The translations under genes and the position numbers were made by a program. From assembly GCA_963804645.1 (NCBI GenBank), contig CAWDRG010000018.1, positions 1-64,000 on the forward strand: a stretch of DNA of 64,000 bases, given 5' to 3'. Positions 59,112 through 64,000 of this stretch are shown piece by piece. Position 1 is the first letter of the stretch. Each line of letters begins with the position of its first letter. This DNA comes from an uncultured Bacillota bacterium (GTDB taxonomy: Bacteria; Sysuimicrobiota; Sysuimicrobiia; Sysuimicrobiales; Segetimicrobiaceae). The notes below the pieces were generated by a model. It was not told the origin of the DNA. It saw nothing but the letters and a program-made list of their open reading frames with translations, and did no database searches.

Positions 59112-60117
59112 GCCGGATCTGGCGGCGGGGCATCCCCCGTTCACCGTGCTGCGGGCCGCCCATATCGAGTTCCTGGTGACGGATCTCGAGCGGGCCCGCG
59201 CCTTCTACGTCGACCTGCTCGGATTCGTCGAGACCGAACGCGACGGAGACCGGCTGTACCTGCGCGGCTATGAAGAGCGGGACCACCACGGCCTCGTGCT
59301 GCGGCGGGCGCCCGCGGCGGGGGTCGGACACCTGGCGTTCCGGGTCGCCTCAGAACACGACCTCGACCTGCTCGAGCGCCTCTACCGAACCCACGGCCTG
59401 CCCACGCGCTGGGCGCGCGGCGAGGCGGGGCAGGGGCGGGCCCTGCGCGTCCAGGACCCCGCGGGCCTGCCGGTCGAGTTTGTGTACGAGATCGCCCAGG
59501 CGGAGTGGCTCTTGCAGCGGTTCGATCGGTACCGCGGGGCCTTCGTGATGCGCCTGGACCACTTCAACTGCCAGGTCCCAGACGTTGCGGCCGCCTCGCG
59601 GTGGTACCGGCAGGAACTGGGATTTGCCTGTTCAGAGTACATCACCGACGGCGCGGACGCCTCGTCGGGGCTGTGGGGCGTGTGGCTCCACCGGAAGCAG
59701 ACCGTCCACGACATCGCCCTGATGAACGGGGTCGGTCCACGCGTGCACCATGCGGGGTTCTGGGTGCAGGATCCCGCGAGCGTGCTGCGCGCGTGCGACC
59801 TCATGGCGGCCGCCCATCTCGCCGACCGGATCGAGCGGGGACCCGGACGGCATGGGCTCGCCAACGCGTTTTTCGTGTACCTGCGCGATCCCGACAACAA
59901 CCGGATCGAGCTGTACACGAACGACTACCTGATCGCCGATCCGGATTGGCGGCCGGTGCGCTGGGCGCTCGACGACCCGCGGCGCGGCACGTTCTGGGGA
60001 CACCCCGCCCCGGCGTCCTGGTACGGGGAAGCGTCTCCGGTCGAGACCATCGAGGGGGGGCAGTTTACCGAGACGCGGCCCCCGGTGCTGCGCGACCGAC
60101 CCAGCGTGACGCGCTGA
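59101..60117 (+). CDS. hpaD: 3,4-dihydroxyphenylacetate 2,3-dioxygenase (VOC extradiol type)
   Basis: YLRGYEE, RLDHFN, VHDIAL, ERGPGRHG, RIELYTNDY. Confidence 0.92.
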   Translation: MSREPDLAAGHPPFTVLRAAHIEFLVTDLERARAFYVDLLGFVETERDGDRLYLRGYEERDHHGLVLRRAPAAGVGHLAFRVASEHDLDLLERLYRTHGLPTRWARGEAGQGRALRVQDPAGLPVEFVYEIAQAEWLLQRFDRYRGAFVMRLDHFNCQVPDVAAASRWYRQELGFACSEYITDGADASSGLWGVWLHRKQTVHDIALMNGVGPRVHHAGFWVQDPASVLRACDLMAAAHLADRIERGPGRHGLANAFFVYLRDPDNNRIELYTNDYLIADPDWRPVRWALDDPRRGTFWGHPAPASWYGEASPVETIEGGQFTETRPPVLRDRPSVTR

Positions 60118-60336
60118 GGCACACGATCCGATGCCGCTGCGCAGGGCGAGGAAGCGGCGGCTGTTCCGGTTGAGCCGATCACGGTGGACACCCGAGGACG
60201 CCGCGGTGCATGCGGCGGCCGGACCATCACGGAGCCACGCCCACCCCAACTCACGCCAGCGGCCCGAGCCTCGGCTCGGGCCGCTGGGAACGTGTCACCG
60301 CACGCCCGGTGATCGCCGGGCGCCGGCGAGGTCGAC

Positions 60337-60642
60337 TTACTTGACGCCGATCGCTACCTTCGTCTTCTCGCCGATGACTTCGCCGGTCACGACATGTGTG
60401 GCCGTCGGGAGCACGCCGGGGTTCTTCTTCACCCAGTCCGATGCGACCCGATTGGATTCGTCAGCGTTCGCCTTCGAGTCGAAGATGCTGGTTGCGAGTA
60501 CCTTTCCGTTGCCAGTGTCCGTGAGGTAGTAGCCCACGAACCCCGGAACCGCGCTGATCAACGGAGCAAAATCCTCGCGAAAGTGCTGTCCCAAGCCGCG
60601 CGGGTTCGAAACGTTCTCGTACTGCCGGACGCTCATATACAT
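60337..60642 (-). CDS. Small dimeric alpha/beta-barrel (ABM-like) hypothetical protein
   Basis: FAPLISAVPGFVGYY...SIFDS...ESNRVASDWV; GGAGG RBS. Confidence 0.8.
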   Translation of the reverse strand: MYMSVRQYENVSNPRGLGQHFREDFAPLISAVPGFVGYYLTDTGNGKVLATSIFDSKANADESNRVASDWVKKNPGVLPTATHVVTGEVIGEKTKVAIGVK

Positions 60643-61171
60643 AATGCCTGACCTCCGTCCCCATGTGGGGAGCGTGACGCTGTGGAGCTTTCTCCTCCGA
60701 GAATTGGGGCCGACTGTGAGTGGACTGGCCGATGAACATCAGGAAGAAGAACCAACGTCAGTGTAAGCTTGCGCGCGCCGAGACGCGAACGCGGTATGCC
60801 CCCTCATCTGCCCAAACGCTCGCGTTCTGCCTCGTTTGGACCATGCTTCCGGTCCTCCAGCCTACGCCACAGACACCCTGCGCGGCCCAGCGAGGTCGCA
60901 GAGACATCGGGGTGCGCGGTCGTGCCGCCCCGGCTCGGTTGAGGGTCGCCTTGACGCGTGTTTGGGCCGGTGGGATAGTGAGGGCGCCGGCGATGGGCCA
61001 ACCCGCGTACGACGCTGAGCCGTCAGTGAGACGCGCGGCTGTTCCGCATCCTGGTGTCGGGTAGGCAGACCAGGTTCGGGGTCGACCGGCGCCGGACGAG
61101 CGGCCGCGACGCGACACGTTCGGGCATTCCAGCGCGCGTGCGCGCGGGACGCCCGGGATTGAGGGGATTGG

Positions 61172-61726
61172 TTGCGACATCGTCTCCCGCTGCCGCGACG
61201 ACGAGATGCCCGGGCGCCTCGCGCGAGGACCGCGACGCTCTGGGGCCGCGCGCTGGCGGCGTGCGCGCTGTGCCTCGCGCTTGCCGCGGCGTGGCCGCCG
61301 TCCGCCCGCCCCGCCGCCCCGTGCGCCACGACGCTTGATGCGCTGACGGGCGCCGAGAGGTTCGCGACCGCACTCGAGGCCTTTCGCGCCGCCGGACTCG
61401 ACTCGGTGTTGTCGCAGGCACGGTCCGTCACGGTGTTCGCCCCCGACGAGCAGGCCTTCGCAAAGCTGCCCGCGGGAGAGTTGCGCGGGGCGCTCGCGGA
61501 TCGGCGCGTCCTGGCTCCCGTGGCGGCGTATCACATCGTCAGCGGGACGGTGCCGCCCGAGGCGCTTCGCCGCGCCCGCGATCTGCCGACCCTGAACGGG
61601 AAGCCGCTTCGGGTCGGCGTCGTGGACGGCGCCGTGGTGCTCGACGGACGCGCGACCGTCCGCGACGCGGGCACGCGCTGCGGCAACGGCATCGTGTATG
61701 AGATCGACGCCGTGCTTCGACCGTGA
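61172..61726 (+). CDS. Fasciclin (FAS1) domain protein
   Basis: TVFAPDEQAF, YHIV, NGIVYEIDAVL; signal-like segment; start uncertain. Confidence 0.85.
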   Translation: MRHRLPLPRRRDARAPRARTATLWGRALAACALCLALAAAWPPSARPAAPCATTLDALTGAERFATALEAFRAAGLDSVLSQARSVTVFAPDEQAFAKLPAGELRGALADRRVLAPVAAYHIVSGTVPPEALRRARDLPTLNGKPLRVGVVDGAVVLDGRATVRDAGTRCGNGIVYEIDAVLRP

Positions 61727-61854
61727 TGGCCCCGCCGATTCGGACGGGCGGCGCGCCCGCGCACCGCACCGGGGCATCGACCCGCGCGGTTCAGGGCGCG
61801 CCGCGTTCGGGTAAAAGTTCCGCGCATCGGTCGCAGCATCCAGGAGACGCCGCC

Positions 61855-62040
61855 ATGGCGACGAGGCCGGAAGATCACGCGACGCGGCGGGTCCCGTGGG
61901 CCGACGCTCGCGGCTACCACGCGCGCGACGGCCCACGGGTCTGGGACCGGATCACGGACCGCGTGCGCGAGGCGTGGCAGGGGGATTACGGGACACCGCG
62001 AGAAGTGACCGGTCAAACCGCCGGCCGAGGTGTGCGATGA
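61855..62040 (+). CDS. Possible 61-aa protein coupled to ku
   Basis: AGGAG RBS; the stop overlaps the ku start (ATGA). Confidence 0.4.
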   Translation: MATRPEDHATRRVPWADARGYHARDGPRVWDRITDRVREAWQGDYGTPREVTGQTAGRGVR

Positions 62041-62843
62041 AACCCGTGTGGTTCGGGACCCTGGGATTCGGGTTGGTGACGATTCCGGTTCGCTTGTACG
62101 CCGCGGTCGAAAGCGTGCGGACCGTTCGGTTTCGTCTGCTCGATCGTGTCACCTCCAAGCCCATCAAAGAACTCCGCGTCAACCCGGACACGGGCAAGGA
62201 AGTGCCGTGGGACCACGTCGTGCACGGGGTCGAACGGGCGAAGGGCCGTTTCGTCGCTCTCACCGACGAGGAGCTGCGCGCGCTGCCCCTGCCGAGTACC
62301 TCCACGATCGCGCTGACAGGATTCGTGCAGCCGCACGAGATTGATCCCCGCTACTACGAGCAGCCGTACTTTCTCGGGCCCGGGAAGGGCGGGCAGCGCG
62401 CGTACGCGCTGCTGCGCGAGGCCCTCGAGGCGGCGGAGCGCGTGGGCATCGGGAAGGTCGCGCTGCGCCAGCGCGAGCACCTGGTGGCCGTGCGTCCGAC
62501 TGACCGCGCGCTGGTGCTGCACACGCTGCACTACGCCTCCGAACTCCGGGACGAGGCCGACATTCCGGATCTGCCCGCTCGGGTGACGCTCCATCCCAAC
62601 GAGCGGAAGATGGCCCGGCAGTTGCTGGAGAGCATGGCGGCGACGTTTGATCCGACCGAGTTCCACGACGACTACGCCGACGCGCTGCGCGCGCTGGTCG
62701 ACGCCAAGGAGCGCGGGGCCGTGCCGGAGGCGCCGGCCCGCGCGCGCGCCGGCAAGGTCGTGGACCTGCAGGCGGCGCTGCGGGCCAGCTTGAAAGGCGC
62801 CCGTGCCGCGGGTGCTCCCCGCCGCCGGCGCGCCGCCAGTTGA
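62037..62843 (+). CDS. ku: Ku protein (non-homologous end joining)
   Basis: WFGTLGFGLVTIPVRLY, PYFLGP, AYALLREAL, VVDLQAALRASL, basic tail. Confidence 0.93.
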   Translation: MKPVWFGTLGFGLVTIPVRLYAAVESVRTVRFRLLDRVTSKPIKELRVNPDTGKEVPWDHVVHGVERAKGRFVALTDEELRALPLPSTSTIALTGFVQPHEIDPRYYEQPYFLGPGKGGQRAYALLREALEAAERVGIGKVALRQREHLVAVRPTDRALVLHTLHYASELRDEADIPDLPARVTLHPNERKMARQLLESMAATFDPTEFHDDYADALRALVDAKERGAVPEAPARARAGKVVDLQAALRASLKGARAAGAPRRRRAAS

Positions 62844-62884
62844 ACTCACGGCCAGACGGCGGGTCGCCGGCGCCCGCCGGGCGG

Positions 62885-63928
62885 CTACAGCGGGGGCAGC
62901 GACAGGTCGCTCGCGAGCGCGTTCAGGTCGGTGAGGATGTTGTCGTCGAGCGGAATGCCGTCGCGCCGGCGCGTCTCCGCCAACTCGAACTCGATCTCCC
63001 CAGGGACGTAGACGCGCTCGCCCCCGGCGACCGGCGGGACCGCGTGCACGGTCCTGACGTAGGCGTCGACCTCGTTCAGAAACTCGTCGAGCGGGCGGAA
63101 CTGCGCGATGTCCAGCGCCATGAAAAAGTGCCCCACGTGCTGCGGGCCGGCGTGCTTGGGCAGCGCCATGCTGGTGACGCCCGATGACCATCCCGCGCCT
63201 GTGAGCGGCCCGCACAGCAGGTCGAAGACGACCGCTAGGCCAAACCCCTTGTAGCCGCCGGCGGGGAGTAGCATGCCGCCGTCCATGATCGCCTCGGGGC
63301 GGTCCGTGGGGCGTCCCTCGCGATCGACGCCCCAGCCGAGCGGGATCCGCTTCCCCTGTCCGCGCGCGCGCTGCAGCTTGCCCTGCGCCACGACGCTGGT
63401 GGCCATGTCCAGCACGACCGGGCGCTCGCGTCCCGCCGGGATGGCGTACGCGATCGGGTTGTTCCCGACCACGGGGGCGGCGCCGCCTTCGGGCGGCATG
63501 AGCGGGATCGTGTTCGTCACCGCGACCCCGACCATCCCCTGGGCCGCGGCACGCATCGCGTAGTAGGCGGCGGCGCCGAAGTGCGTCGATCCGCGCACGC
63601 CGACGAAGCCGACGCCGGCGGCGCGCGCCTTCGCGATCGCGATGTCCACCGCGCGCACGCTCACCACCTGGCCGAGGCCGTCGTGGCCATCGACCTGGGC
63701 GAACGCCGGCCCCTCCCGCGTGATCGTGACCGTGGCGGCCGCCGGGACGACTCCGGCCTTGACCCGTCGGACGTAGATCGGCAGGCGCATCACCCCGTGC
63801 GAGTGGACGCCCCGGAGATCCGCCTCGACGAGCGTGTCGGCGACGAGGTCGGCGTCCGGAGTGGGCACTCCCACGCGCTGGAACGCCGCGCTGGTGAACG
63901 CGGCCAATCGGGACGCGGCGATCGGCAT
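62885..63928 (-). CDS. Ldh_2 family (malate/L-sulfolactate dehydrogenase-like) oxidoreductase
   Basis: RGVHSHG, THFG, GNNPIA, DMATS, GYKGFGL. Confidence 0.9.
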   Translation of the reverse strand: MPIAASRLAAFTSAAFQRVGVPTPDADLVADTLVEADLRGVHSHGVMRLPIYVRRVKAGVVPAAATVTITREGPAFAQVDGHDGLGQVVSVRAVDIAIAKARAAGVGFVGVRGSTHFGAAAYYAMRAAAQGMVGVAVTNTIPLMPPEGGAAPVVGNNPIAYAIPAGRERPVVLDMATSVVAQGKLQRARGQGKRIPLGWGVDREGRPTDRPEAIMDGGMLLPAGGYKGFGLAVVFDLLCGPLTGAGWSSGVTSMALPKHAGPQHVGHFFMALDIAQFRPLDEFLNEVDAYVRTVHAVPPVAGGERVYVPGEIEFELAETRRRDGIPLDDNILTDLNALASDLSLPPL

Positions 63929-64000
63929 GGCGGTCCTCCTGATCGGGATAGTGGGGAGTTCTTGCGCGGCGCCGGCCCTTCCTGGCGGCGCGGCGCAGCG

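Noticed and set aside
60650..61170. Intergenic gap with several short ORFs
   Set aside because: No convincing RBS, domain or RNA structure could be supported.

Overview
High-GC bacterial chromosomal window. (1) 1-27395: two tandem, paralogous giant type Va autotransporter genes with Gly/Thr/Ala-rich passenger repeats and a C-terminal beta-barrel. The first is 5'-truncated (at least ~3500 aa), the second is ~5370 aa, and each is broken by one single-base deletion. Both are built from several complete passenger modules joined by a Cys-pair cap, and the second carries four regularly spaced variable cassettes. The second gene is preceded by a GEMM-I cyclic-dinucleotide riboswitch with A at the position-20 equivalent (the c-AMP-GMP signature) and an overlapping terminator. 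(2) 27605-33576: tRNA-Ile(GAT) followed by two integrase-less islets bounded by copies of its 3' end; cargo is secreted/surface proteins, a VQPPG VNTR gene and a 32-aa membrane peptide. (3) 33652-39398: sugar ABC transporter with two RraA-family aldolase-like genes and an RpiB-family isomerase. (4) marC, then an imuA-imuB-dnaE2 mutasome with a LexA box and a 144-aa mini-intein in DnaE2. (5) ArsB/NhaD transporter, a Phd/PIN toxin-antitoxin pair flanked by a duplicated gene 3' end, and an HlyD-M23 fusion gene. (6) LIV-type ABC transporter, hpaBCD, fasciclin, Ku and an Ldh_2 oxidoreductase. All family calls come from motif recognition by eye; no searches were run.
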